The notes beneath the pieces are model-generated. The model had not been told where the DNA came from. It searched no databases and saw nothing but the letters and a program-made list of their open reading frames with translations. A stretch of 64,000 bases of DNA. It comes from Candidatus Sumerlaeaceae bacterium (GTDB lineage Bacteria; Sumerlaeota; Sumerlaeia; Sumerlaeales; Sumerlaeaceae). This document shows, piece by piece, positions 48,652 through 58,727 of this stretch. Both the position numbers and the translations under genes were made by a program. How positions within the stretch are numbered: the stretch's first letter is position 1; every line of letters begins with the position of its first letter. The stretch is taken from assembly GCA_051003195.1 (NCBI GenBank), contig JBPCLP010000005.1, positions 1 to 64,000 of the forward strand, given 5' to 3'.

Positions 48652-48927
48652 CTACTTCTGCTTGACGCTCAGCTCGCCCCCGCCGACCGGTTCAGCCGGT
48701 GCAATCGCAGGATTCAGCGGCGCATGAATTCCCGGTGTCGTGAGATACGGGCCTCCAGGCGGCAGAGGAAAATCCGGGCACTCGCGCGGACACGGCTTCG
48801 GCCCCGGCGGGCAGCGGTTAAATAAATGTTCCGGTGGTACGGGCGGTCCCTGCGGACCGTTGCACCCGGTCGCGACGGCTACCAGCACAGCCATCGCGAG
48901 CGTCAGCTTCAGCGAACTCCCAACCAT
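48652..48927 (-). CDS. Small Pro/Cys-rich lipoprotein
   Basis: Signal peptide with lipobox ATGC, then GPQGPPVPP...CPPGPKPCPRECP; GAGGGA SD. Confidence 0.7.
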   Translation of the reverse strand: MVGSSLKLTLAMAVLVAVATGCNGPQGPPVPPEHLFNRCPPGPKPCPRECPDFPLPPGGPYLTTPGIHAPLNPAIAPAEPVGGGELSVKQK

Positions 48928-49101
48928 TTTGTCATCCCTCAAAGAACCTTGTACAGCAAGCGCTGCCAAGGTGAATCACTCCCGAAACAACCGTCAACTA
49001 CAAATATCAGTAGATTGTGCATTGGCACGCGATGTCTCTTCCCGATATTCTCTTGAACGTGCGTAGCTTCACCTGCAAGTGATGCAACCTGACGGTGCCG
49101 C

Positions 49102-52100
49102 ATGCAAATGGATGACTCCTCACAAGACAAACAAACGCTTACGCAGAACATACTGCCGTGCGACTTGCCCGATGACCCCGAAGCTTCCTTAAAGCCAGCA
49201 GCAAACCCGGAACACCTGGGCAACGTCGCCTTGTCGCACCTGTCTGGCATAAACTTTCGTGTGGAACCAACCGGTGATCCCGACGATTCGATGGACAGCG
49301 TATCCCTCTCCGTGATCGTCGACTCATCGGGTCCAGGTTCCCCGGCATCGACTCACGATTTTGCCTTTATACTGGGCCGCATTATCGGCCAGGGCGGCAT
49401 GGGTGAAGTGCGCGAAGCGAAGCAAACTTCGCTTGGTCGCACCGTCGCCGTCAAGCGGCCTAAGATGCGAGTACCCGCCTCTGACAAAACCGCTGCGGAT
49501 CTTGAACTTTTCGCGCGTGAAGCGGCCGTGACAGCAAGGCTCGAGCACCCGCATATCATTCCAGTACATGATCTCGGTCTGGGACCCGACGGCCTGCCCA
49601 TGCTCGCGATGAAACTCGTCCGTGGCACTCCCTGGTCCGATATGCTCAAGCGCGACAAGGACCACACACCGCGTGAGCGCCTTGCGCTTCATCTTCCGAT
49701 CCTTATCGATGTCGCACAAGCCGTGGCATTCGCGCATGAGCGCGGCATCATCCATCGTGACCTCAAGCCATCTCAGGTCATGGTTGGCCGCCACGGCGAA
49801 GTGTACCTGATGGATTGGGGAATTGCAGCATCCTTCGATACCGGTCGCAATGTTGGCGAAGGCGCACTGCACGAAACGGCGCACGCTGCCGTCGATGTTC
49901 ACAAGGCGCCGAATCCAGCCGGAACGTCCGCATACATGGCTCCCGAGCAGACGGAAAGCAACGGTGCGCGTCTCGGTCCATGGACAGACGTCTGGCTGCT
50001 CGGTGCCGTGCTTTATGAAATCCTGACACGCAGACCGCCATACCCGTTCCCGCGCTCTTCGGATGCCTTCATGGCGGCGTGCCGCGGCTTCGTCGAGCCG
50101 CCCGAAGAGCGGATCGCTAAACGCTCAACGGGTGAATCGTGCGATGTTCCGCCTGAGATTTCGCAACTTTGCATGGAATGTCTTCAACCCGAAATTGGAA
50201 AACGGCTGCCAGCCGCCGAAGCTTTCCTTGAAAAGTTGAAAGACTACCAGACCGGCGCGTCACGTCGCGAAGAATCGCGTGCGATTACCACACAAGCGAC
50301 TGCCGCGCTCACTTTGTTGGAGCAGCAATCCGAAGTCGCAGATACGTATCAGGACCTCGAAGAATGCGACCGCGCATTATCTCGCGCCATTACACTCGAT
50401 CCGGAAAACCCGGAAGCGACCGCCGCTAAGCAGAAGGTGCTTGGCCTGCTTGCGGAAGAGGCGTTGCAAGGCGGGGATCTCCACCGCGCACGCGTCCAGG
50501 CGGCCAGATTACAGGATGAAAACCAGCGACAGGAATCGATAAACAAAATCGCGGTCGCCGAGCGCCGCGCGCGACGCCTCCGTACGCAGCGCATTCTTGC
50601 CATGGGCATGTGCGTGCTGCTTATCATTGCGGTAGCTGCCATAGCCCTCGTCTCCCGTGCACACATTGCTGCAGCACTGCGCAAAGCGGAAATCTCGGAA
50701 GCCGCTGCCCTCGCTGCGGAACGAACAGCGCGAAACGCGCAGAAACAAAGTGAATCCCGAAGAGTCGAAGCCGAGGCCAATCGCGAGCTCGCCGTGTCTG
50801 CACAGCACGAATTGCAGGCAACCCGCGACAAGGCACTTTACGATTATTATGTATCCAGTATCAGGCTGGCACAACGCGAAATTGACGAAGAACATTTTGC
50901 ACGCGCGCAGGAAGTACTCCTCGCGGCCCCCCCTCAACACCGGGGCTGGGAGTGGGGATACCTCATCGCCGCTGCGCACCCGGAGCTAATGACCTATAGC
51001 GGCCACACTGCGCCTGTTCGCTCGGTCGCGTTCAGTCCCGATGAACGGTATCTCGCTTCGGCAAGCAACGATGGATCGGCGCGCATCTGGGATGTGAACT
51101 CCGGACGTGAACTTCAACGCATTGGCGCGCACAACAGCAGCGTCCGAAGAATCTGCTGGTCGCCCGATGGAAAGCGCCTCGCCACAGCGGCTGCCGATCA
51201 CACTGCTGTTCTCTGGGACGCTGCGTCTGGGAAACACCTCCACTCACTCCCACAACATGGCGGGCCAGTAGAAGACATCCACTTTACGTCCGCGGGAGAT
51301 CAGCTTGCAACACTCGCGAGTGATGCGCATCTGCGCTTTTTCGACGTCGCCTCAGGTCAGCTCAAACGCGATATCGACCTGCAATCAGATCGCGCCTTTG
51401 CATTTGATCTGAGTCCAGACGGACGCCTCGCAGCCGCGGGCGTCGGGCCCTCGGGCGCCGTGCTCGTGAACATCGACAGCGGCACGACCCTCGCCGCACT
51501 CGCCCCCGACGCATCAGAATGTTCCGGTATACGATTCTCGCCGGATGGCCGGCAGGTCGCCATCGCCATCACAGGCGCGCGTAGTTATATCTGCTCAGTT
51601 CCTGATGGGGCCATGCTCGCCAACTTTACCGATAGCGACCTGGTTCAACCCGAAAACGCCCGCGCATACGGCTGGGCGGTCGATATACATTGGACGGATC
51701 AGGGTAAGGGAATCATCGCTGGAATGCGCGCCAGGCCTGGCTCACGAGCCTTCCGCTGGCGCGACCTCGATCCTGCCACCCACAAATTCCGCAACATTGA
51801 ACCAGTCACTTTTCCCACTGGCAGCGATGTGTGCTCCATTGACCTTGCCCGCTCGGGCCGCTACCTGGCGGTCGGCTCAGAGACTGGTGCGATCTGCCTC
51901 TATGACCAGCAACAGGACGCGCAGACAACCCGTCCGCTCTTCGATTCCGAAGGCGGCATCCACGGGCTTCGATGGTCGCCCGATGGGAAGGAACTTGTAG
52001 CTGGCAGCTTTCAGCAAAAGCGCCACCATCTCATGCCTGAACACCGGGCGATTGTCCTCGATTTGCCTTTGCCCGACCGAAGCCACTCCACCGCATACGA

Positions 52101-53262
52101 GCCAAATGGCACAAAGGTCGCCTTCGCCGCCCGCCATTTCGGGTTCCTGGTTCAATCGGCACTTACGGGAAAAGAATTGTTTCAGTTACCACTGGAGCCC
52201 GGCTCCGACGATGCGAGCTGGATCACATTCTCGCCCGATTCCCGCATAATTGCAACCGTTCGCAGTTCCTACCCACAGCCGCGCACTCCCACTGTCGATC
52301 TATGGTCCGCGCAGGATGGCCGGCATATCAAAACCGTTTCGACGAAATCGGATTTGCCAAACGTTGTCGGCTTCTCTCCCGACGGTAGCCGCCTCGCCAT
52401 CGGCCATGTAGATGGACGGCTCGACTGCGTCGCAATCGCCGACGGCCAAAAGCAATGGCAGGCACCCGCGATCGACGGTCGTATCAACGCCCTACATTTC
52501 AGCCGTGACGGAAGGCGCATTGCCGTAGCCGGTGCGGGTGGAGGTGCAGCGATATTCGCCGCCGAGACAGGCAAACTTCAAACAATCCTTTCCCGGCATT
52601 CGTCGGAATTTACCGACATTGCATTCAGCCCGGACGGAAAACGGATTGCGACCGCCGCGCACGATGCAACGATCGGCATTTGGGACCCCGAATCCGGACG
52701 CCCACTCTGCTTTTTGAAAGGACACAGCGGCCGAGCGTGGCAGGCACAATGGTCCCCCGATGGCACACGCATCGCCAGTTCATGTTCCGGCGTGCCCGGT
52801 GTCCGCATCTGGGAACCTGTTCAATGGCAACAGCACCAGCTCGCAGCGGAACTCGTAACGACAAGCACCTGGCCGGATCAGTTGCGTAATTGGCAAACCA
52901 GCCAGTTCCAGCACCGACAACTTGCCCGCGCCCTTGAGCGGCTTCCCATGGAATACTGGTCTCTCACCAGGCTGTCAGCCGCTGCCGCTGTGGATAACAA
53001 TGGAACGAGCCTCTCCATTGGCTGGCTGAGCGACATCGCTGCCAGCCCGCAGGTACCCGCTCAATTACGTGTCCAGTTGATCACCGCTGCCGATCGGCTT
53101 CGCGAGGCTTTGCTCACTGGCACTACGCTGTCCATAAACCTCGCATGGCAGCCAACCCAGGAGCAGGTAGAGCGTGCGTTCCTGGAAGGGAAAACCGTTC
53201 GCGAAACGGAGTCGATTTGGAAGGCGCGTTCGGGCGAACCTGAGAATCCCGCCGCAGGTTGA
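49102..53262 (+). CDS. Ser/Thr protein kinase with TM segment and WD40 repeats
   Basis: IGQGGMGEV, VAVK, HRDLKPSQ, DWG, GTSAYMAPE; TM segment; many FSPDG/WD repeats. Confidence 0.93.
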   Translation: MQMDDSSQDKQTLTQNILPCDLPDDPEASLKPAANPEHLGNVALSHLSGINFRVEPTGDPDDSMDSVSLSVIVDSSGPGSPASTHDFAFILGRIIGQGGMGEVREAKQTSLGRTVAVKRPKMRVPASDKTAADLELFAREAAVTARLEHPHIIPVHDLGLGPDGLPMLAMKLVRGTPWSDMLKRDKDHTPRERLALHLPILIDVAQAVAFAHERGIIHRDLKPSQVMVGRHGEVYLMDWGIAASFDTGRNVGEGALHETAHAAVDVHKAPNPAGTSAYMAPEQTESNGARLGPWTDVWLLGAVLYEILTRRPPYPFPRSSDAFMAACRGFVEPPEERIAKRSTGESCDVPPEISQLCMECLQPEIGKRLPAAEAFLEKLKDYQTGASRREESRAITTQATAALTLLEQQSEVADTYQDLEECDRALSRAITLDPENPEATAAKQKVLGLLAEEALQGGDLHRARVQAARLQDENQRQESINKIAVAERRARRLRTQRILAMGMCVLLIIAVAAIALVSRAHIAAALRKAEISEAAALAAERTARNAQKQSESRRVEAEANRELAVSAQHELQATRDKALYDYYVSSIRLAQREIDEEHFARAQEVLLAAPPQHRGWEWGYLIAAAHPELMTYSGHTAPVRSVAFSPDERYLASASNDGSARIWDVNSGRELQRIGAHNSSVRRICWSPDGKRLATAAADHTAVLWDAASGKHLHSLPQHGGPVEDIHFTSAGDQLATLASDAHLRFFDVASGQLKRDIDLQSDRAFAFDLSPDGRLAAAGVGPSGAVLVNIDSGTTLAALAPDASECSGIRFSPDGRQVAIAITGARSYICSVPDGAMLANFTDSDLVQPENARAYGWAVDIHWTDQGKGIIAGMRARPGSRAFRWRDLDPATHKFRNIEPVTFPTGSDVCSIDLARSGRYLAVGSETGAICLYDQQQDAQTTRPLFDSEGGIHGLRWSPDGKELVAGSFQQKRHHLMPEHRAIVLDLPLPDRSHSTAYEPNGTKVAFAARHFGFLVQSALTGKELFQLPLEPGSDDASWITFSPDSRIIATVRSSYPQPRTPTVDLWSAQDGRHIKTVSTKSDLPNVVGFSPDGSRLAIGHVDGRLDCVAIADGQKQWQAPAIDGRINALHFSRDGRRIAVAGAGGGAAIFAAETGKLQTILSRHSSEFTDIAFSPDGKRIATAAHDATIGIWDPESGRPLCFLKGHSGRAWQAQWSPDGTRIASSCSGVPGVRIWEPVQWQQHQLAAELVTTSTWPDQLRNWQTSQFQHRQLARALERLPMEYWSLTRLSAAAAVDNNGTSLSIGWLSDIAASPQVPAQLRVQLITAADRLREALLTGTTLSINLAWQPTQEQVERAFLEGKTVRETESIWKARSGEPENPAAG

Positions 53263-53358
53263 CCGCCGGATAACAGTTTTCATTGCGTGTCTCCGCTTAC
53301 TCTGCTTTGCTTGTCTCACGAATCACTGCAGGATTATCGACAGCCAAAGGATGTTGTC

Positions 53359-53706
53359 ATGTATACCCCGGTACCCGGAATCTACGAACAACTGCTGGAA
53401 AACGAAATTGCGACCGTCTCCTTTGCCGAGGTAGATGCAATCACCGGCCTGTTCGAATCGAAAACTACGCACTTGCGCGTAGTCGATCAGGAAACGCACA
53501 ACGAGACGCTGCAGCAGGCTCGCAATGTGCGCGCGCTGCTCGATCAACCGCATAAGCTGACAGATCGCCAGCTCTTGATCGCACTGGCAGCCCTGCGCTA
53601 CTTCGTGCGCGATGAAGATCACGCCGATGGACATCAGGATGATGCGCTCGTAATCCAAGCCGCCGTGAACCAGTTGCAGGAGCCGCTCCAGGAATTGCAG
53701 GCCTGA
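53359..53706 (+). CDS. Hypothetical protein, YkvA/DUF1232-like
   Basis: ALAALRYFV...D....G..DDALVI motif; AAGGA SD before ATG 53359. Confidence 0.6.
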   Translation: MYTPVPGIYEQLLENEIATVSFAEVDAITGLFESKTTHLRVVDQETHNETLQQARNVRALLDQPHKLTDRQLLIALAALRYFVRDEDHADGHQDDALVIQAAVNQLQEPLQELQA

Positions 53707-53719
53707 AGAAATTCAGCAT

Positions 53720-54187
53720 TTGCCTGGCCAGGTGCTTATTCGTGAAATACAGTATGGTAGCAAAGAATGGCACGAGACGCTCCAGCTCCGCGAGCGCGTG
53801 CTTCGCCGTCCACTCGGGTTAACGCTGTTGCAGGAGGAGCTGGAATCCCAAAAACTCTGCATCCACTTCGCCGCTTATGATTCGCAGCACGACGCCCTGC
53901 TCGGAACACTACTGCTCGCGCGCGTGAATGACCAGACAGTGCAGATGCGGCAGGTCGCCGTCGACCCCGATCATCAGCGCAACGGCATAGGCCGCAAACT
54001 TGTCACCCACGCCGAGCAGCACGCGCAGCAACACGGTTTTTACGAGATGCTGCTTCATGCCCGGGAAACCGCGGTACCGTTTTATGAGCGGCTCGGCTAC
54101 CGCACTTTTGGCGAGCCCTTCGACGAGCAAACAATTCCACACATCGCGATGGTGAAACAATTACTCAGCGCCGCGGAGACTTCTTAA
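53720..54187 (+). CDS. GNAT family N-acetyltransferase
   Basis: LRERVLR, RQVAV...QRNGIGRKL, LHAR..AVPFYERLGY, IPHIAM. Confidence 0.92.
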   Translation: MPGQVLIREIQYGSKEWHETLQLRERVLRRPLGLTLLQEELESQKLCIHFAAYDSQHDALLGTLLLARVNDQTVQMRQVAVDPDHQRNGIGRKLVTHAEQHAQQHGFYEMLLHARETAVPFYERLGYRTFGEPFDEQTIPHIAMVKQLLSAAETS

Positions 54188-54393
54188 GCGTCCGGCGTCA
54201 GCGGAAGCGACCGCAGCCTCTTCCCCATCGCATCGGCAATGGCATTTGCGATCGCAGGTGCAATCGCTATAAGCGGCGTTTCGCCGGCTCCACTCGACGG
54301 CAGGTCCTTGCGATCCAGCAGAATGGTTTTAATCGGCGGCACATCCTCGAAACGCGGTGGGTGCATTAACGATGCGATGATATTCCTGTTCAA
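54184..54393 (-). pseudogene. C-terminal fragment of a xanthine dehydrogenase/isoquinoline oxidoreductase-family molybdopterin subunit
   Basis: PRFEDVP...GAGETPL...APAIANAI..A.GKRLRSLP is the terminal segment of these large subunits; only about 60 aa remain. Confidence 0.8.
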
Positions 54394-54408
54394 TGCCGGC
54401 CAACTGCT

Positions 54409-55752
54409 CTAATCTATCGCCTCAATTTGTCGCCGGCCACGGAAAAACCAGTTCACGACAAAAAGCGCGAGTATGGCAACCCCCAGCCACTTCGCGGTAT
54501 GAAGCGCCTCGCGCTTCTGCGTCACCAGCAGAACCGCACAAGTGATCGCTCCCAGTATGGGCACGAATATCGGCACTTGAAACGGCGGCCGTTCTCCCCC
54601 ACGCGTAAGTTTCGTTTTGATCAGTCCAATATGCAGCACCATGAACACAGTCAGCAAAAACACCGTCGTGCCGGCGGCAAGCACAGCGATCTGTTTGGTG
54701 GACGCCATCATGATAATCGTGATGAGCGTCGCCACACCCACCGCAATCGCAGGTGTGCGCCAGCGCGGATGTACATGACCCAGAAACGAGGGCAGCACAT
54801 TATTTCGCCCGCGCGCCATGCCATAGATCAATCGCGACGCCATAAGGCAGTTCAGAAGCGCCGTGTTAAAAACCGCAAACGCCGGTATGATCTTGTAGAT
54901 CCAGTCCGGGAAGCCTGGTCGTGACGTGTGGACGACATCCAGTAACGGCGAATCCGTTTTTCCCAGCGCCGAGAACGGAAGCACCGACACCGCTATCAGG
55001 GCGATCGTGACATAGATAACCGAGGTGATCACAATCGCCAGGCAGATCGCCCACGGCACGTTTCGCTCCGGGTTCTTCACTTCCTCCGACAGGTTTGCCA
55101 TGTCTTCAAAACCGATAAAGGCAAAGAACGCCAGCGCGGCACCCTGCAGCACCAGCAGCGGCGGACCTGTCCCCTGCTCCGACTTTGCAAATTCGACGTA
55201 ATCGACACGTCCGAGAAATCGTATCCCAAGCGCGATGATGATAAACAGCCCCGCTATCTCAACAATCGTGCATACCAGGTTCGCACGTGAGGACAGCACA
55301 ATTCCGTAAATCGCTACCAACGCGATGATCAGCAGAAACGCGAATGGGAAAAGATAATCTTTAAGGATCGGATGTGCGCCCGTGGTGCCTGCGAGAGCAT
55401 AGTTGGCGAACGTACGTGACGTGGCCGCCATCGAGAACATTCCCGACAGCCCCACAAAGCACATGACCAGGAAGGTAACCAACGGCGTGCGGAAAACCGT
55501 CTGCACAAAATGCGCCGCTCCACCTGCGCGCGGATAGCGCGATGTGAATTCCGCGTACGTGAGGCCTGTCAGCGCTGCTGCAAACCCCGCCACGAGATAA
55601 GACATCCAGGCAGCGCTTCCGACATGCCCGCTGATCTTTCCCACCAGCGCGTACACGCCGGACCCGAGAATGTCCCCCACCCCAAATGCCGTAATGGCAA
55701 AAAGCCCGAGCGTGCGTCGGAGCTGCGGCTCATGTGGATTATCCAGCTGCAT
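54409..55752 (-). CDS. APC family amino acid permease
   Basis: LRRTLG, GDILGSGVY, YAEFTSRYPRAGG, FFAFIGFE, EEVKNPERNVP, SRLIYGMAR; about 12 TM segments. Confidence 0.93.
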   Translation of the reverse strand: MQLDNPHEPQLRRTLGLFAITAFGVGDILGSGVYALVGKISGHVGSAAWMSYLVAGFAAALTGLTYAEFTSRYPRAGGAAHFVQTVFRTPLVTFLVMCFVGLSGMFSMAATSRTFANYALAGTTGAHPILKDYLFPFAFLLIIALVAIYGIVLSSRANLVCTIVEIAGLFIIIALGIRFLGRVDYVEFAKSEQGTGPPLLVLQGAALAFFAFIGFEDMANLSEEVKNPERNVPWAICLAIVITSVIYVTIALIAVSVLPFSALGKTDSPLLDVVHTSRPGFPDWIYKIIPAFAVFNTALLNCLMASRLIYGMARGRNNVLPSFLGHVHPRWRTPAIAVGVATLITIIMMASTKQIAVLAAGTTVFLLTVFMVLHIGLIKTKLTRGGERPPFQVPIFVPILGAITCAVLLVTQKREALHTAKWLGVAILALFVVNWFFRGRRQIEAID

Positions 55753-55818
55753 GCCGCCCGGAGTTTCGGAACACGATGCAGCAAAGCAACCTCCGAATCC
55801 AATGAAGGTGCCGGACAT

Positions 55819-55852
55819 AAAAAACACCCGCGGAGGCATACCTCCGCGGGCG
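55819..55852 (-). terminator. Rho-independent terminator after ftsH
   Basis: Minus strand CCCGCGGAGG-TATG-CCTCCGCGGG followed by TGTTTTTT. Confidence 0.88.
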
Positions 55853-55878
55853 TCGAGTTAATTTGTTGCCGTTCTTTG

Positions 55879-57822
55879 CTATCCAGGCATCTCAGTCGGG
55901 CGATCGATCAGCGGCTTGCCGAAAATGCGGCCCGGCTTTTTATCCTCTGCAATTGCAGACGGTGGCTCCGGCGCGACCGGTGGCAGTGGCGGTGGCGTGC
56001 GCGGACGTTCCGGCAGGTCCTCGCCGCGAATAAGCATATCCAACTCATTGCCGTCCAGGGTCTCGCGCTCAATCAGCACTTCACTCACCCGGATTAGCAA
56101 CTCCTTGCGCTCGCCCAGGATGTTCGTTGCGCGCTGATGAGCTTCGTCCACGAACTTCTTAATTTCGGAATCGATCACACTTGCGGTTGCGTCACTGTAT
56201 ACCGAACGGCCTTCACCAAAGTCGCGCCCGGGAGCAAGCGAGCTGTTGTTCTCCCCGAACGTACGCGGGCCAAGAACATCGCTCATGCCGTACTCGCACA
56301 CCATACGCTGCACAAGCTGTGTCACCCTCTGGAGATCGTTGCCGGCACCGGTCGTAAAGTCTCCGAAGATCAGTTCCTCGGCCACACGTCCACCAAGCGC
56401 CATCACGAGTTGATCCTTCAGCTTGTTCCGGAAGCGACTGAACCGCTCTTCACTAGGAAGGAAGCTTGTAACGCCCAGCGCCCGCCCACGCGGGATGATC
56501 GTCACCTTGTGCACTTCGTCTTCAAGTCCAACGAACTTCGCCGCAAGCGCGTGTCCCGCCTCATGGTAAGCTGTCAGCTTCTTTTCTTTGTCGGTCAGCA
56601 CCAGGCTGCGGCGCTCCGGACCCATCATCACGCGTTCCTTGGCTTCCTCGAGTTCCGACATACTGATATCGTCCCGATTACGCCGCGCTGCCAGCAAAGC
56701 CGCTTCGTTGATAACGTTTGCCAGGTCCGCGCCCGAAAAACCGGACGTTCCCTTCGCCAGGCGGTTGAGGTCCACGTCTGCGTGCAGCTTAACCTTGCGC
56801 GCGTGCACCTGCAGGATGCGCTCGCGTCCACTGAGGTCCGGGTAATCCACCATCACCTGGCGGTCGAAACGCCCTGGACGCAGCAACGCCGGATCGAGTA
56901 CATCCGCACGGTTGGTTGCCGCGATCAGGATAATACCTTCATTCGAATTAAAGCCGTCCATCTCGACAAGCAACTGGTTCAGCGTCTGCTCGCGCTCATC
57001 ATGTCCGCCGCCAAAACCTGCACCAAAACGGCTGCGGCCAACTGCGTCGATTTCGTCCATGAAAATCAGGCAGGGCTTGTGCTTCTTTCCCTGCTCAAAA
57101 AGATCGCGCACGCGGCTCGCGCCCACACCCACGAACATCTCAACGAAATCGGAACCGGAGATCGAGAAGAAGGGCACGTTTGCTTCACCCGCAACGGCCT
57201 TCGCCAGCAATGTTTTGCCGGTACCTGGAGGGCCAACCAGCAGCACACCTTTCGGAATTTTTCCACCAAGGCGGCTGAACTTCTGTGGGTCCTTCAGGAA
57301 CTCCACGATTTCCTTCAGCTCTTCCTTCGCCTCATCCACACCCTGTACATCGTCAAACGTGACCTTTGTCTGTCCTTCGCTCACGAGCTTCGCCCGGCTC
57401 TTTCCAAACGTCATCGCTTTGTTGCCGCCGCTTTGAATCTGGCGCATAATGAGCACCCAGACCGCGATAATCACAAGCAGTGGCAGTAGGATCGAAACCA
57501 GGAACTGCTGGAGCAGTTGCGATCCCTCCTTGCCGTCATACTCCACGCCGCTTGCAATCAGGTTGCTCGCGACAAACTCTTCCTGCCCGCTCAGGTAACC
57601 TGCTACAAAGGGCTTTTTCTTCTTCTCTTTATCAAGGTACACGCCCTCGAGCTTGCGGTCCTTGTCGATAACCTTGCCTTCAATTTTCTTATCTTTTGCG
57701 TAAGCCAGCACCGTGCTTATGTTCAGCCGGTCTGGCTGCTCGTGGCTGTTCATGTTGATGAACATCACGATAAACACCAGGAACAGCACGATCCATAGTG
57801 TTGCGGATTTCAATCCGTTCAT
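55879..57822 (-). CDS. ftsH: ATP-dependent zinc metalloprotease FtsH
   Basis: Two TM segments, [30 protein letters not shown]. Confidence 0.98.
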   Translation of the reverse strand: MNGLKSATLWIVLFLVFIVMFINMNSHEQPDRLNISTVLAYAKDKKIEGKVIDKDRKLEGVYLDKEKKKKPFVAGYLSGQEEFVASNLIASGVEYDGKEGSQLLQQFLVSILLPLLVIIAVWVLIMRQIQSGGNKAMTFGKSRAKLVSEGQTKVTFDDVQGVDEAKEELKEIVEFLKDPQKFSRLGGKIPKGVLLVGPPGTGKTLLAKAVAGEANVPFFSISGSDFVEMFVGVGASRVRDLFEQGKKHKPCLIFMDEIDAVGRSRFGAGFGGGHDEREQTLNQLLVEMDGFNSNEGIILIAATNRADVLDPALLRPGRFDRQVMVDYPDLSGRERILQVHARKVKLHADVDLNRLAKGTSGFSGADLANVINEAALLAARRNRDDISMSELEEAKERVMMGPERRSLVLTDKEKKLTAYHEAGHALAAKFVGLEDEVHKVTIIPRGRALGVTSFLPSEERFSRFRNKLKDQLVMALGGRVAEELIFGDFTTGAGNDLQRVTQLVQRMVCEYGMSDVLGPRTFGENNSSLAPGRDFGEGRSVYSDATASVIDSEIKKFVDEAHQRATNILGERKELLIRVSEVLIERETLDGNELDMLIRGEDLPERPRTPPPLPPVAPEPPSAIAEDKKPGRIFGKPLIDRPTEMPG

Positions 57823-58148
57823 AAAAGCTAAATACTCCCACTAGAACGTTCGGCGGAAAAGTCTGCCGACTGTCCGACGTTTGACAAAACATTGCACCGC
57901 CACGTTCAAACTATTCGCAAATGCCACGGTGGCTGCTGAAAGGATATGGCAAGTTCGACGCCACGACAGTTCGAACTCTTTATTGGTATTGCCAAATGGT
58001 AAAACGCCAGCCGGGCGGCCGCGCCTCGCTTAGCATGCAGACTGCTGATAGCCCACAATTCCCCGCCGGACCCGACCATTTCGCCGCTTTGAGTGTAAGA
58101 ACAGAACTGGCCATTTCGACCAACGTCTAAAACGCAGGAGGCAGGGGC

Positions 58149-58670
58149 ATGCGAAAACGGTTCATCGGATTCTTGAGCCTGGCAGCGGCAATTACAGTTG
58201 CACAGGCACTCTACGCGCAAACCACGGCAACAACGACCCTGACGAAAGGAACAAATAAAATGGCCGAGACGGCTAAAGTTTCCACCGAAATGCCAAAGAC
58301 TGACGAGGAGTGGCAGAAAAAGCTGACTCCGGAACAATATCGCGTACTTCGGGAAAAGGGCACTGAGCGTGCATTTACAGGCTCCTACCATAGTGAGCAC
58401 GCAAAGGGCACCTACAAATGCGCTGGCTGTGGTACGGAACTTTTTAAGAGCGATACGAAGTTTGAGTCTGGTACCGGCTGGCCAAGCTTTTACGCGCCGG
58501 TGCAGGGCAGTGTTAAAACCGAGGAAGACAACAGCTACGGCCGCCGTACCGAGGTGCTTTGCGCGAAATGCGGCGGGCATCTGGGTCATGTGTTCGACGA
58601 CGGCCCGAAACCTACAGGCCAGCGCTATTGTATCAACTCGGTTTCTTTGAAGCTGGAAAAAGATAAGTAG
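58149..58670 (+). CDS. msrB: Peptide-methionine (R)-S-oxide reductase with signal peptide
   Basis: LTPEQY..LR..GTE, CAGC/CAKC zinc motifs, [21 protein letters not shown]. Confidence 0.95.
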   Translation: MRKRFIGFLSLAAAITVAQALYAQTTATTTLTKGTNKMAETAKVSTEMPKTDEEWQKKLTPEQYRVLREKGTERAFTGSYHSEHAKGTYKCAGCGTELFKSDTKFESGTGWPSFYAPVQGSVKTEEDNSYGRRTEVLCAKCGGHLGHVFDDGPKPTGQRYCINSVSLKLEKDK

Positions 58671-58727
58671 ACCTTTTAGCGGCGCGGGATTGCTTGACCC
58701 GCGCCGCGCCTGCATTACCCGTGTGCG

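Noticed and set aside
49023..49038. TGGCACG as a sigma-54 site upstream of the WD40 kinase
   Set aside because: Lacks the GC at the -12 position.
56137..57489. 450-aa plus-strand ORF
   Set aside because: Antisense shadow of ftsH with no recognisable motifs.
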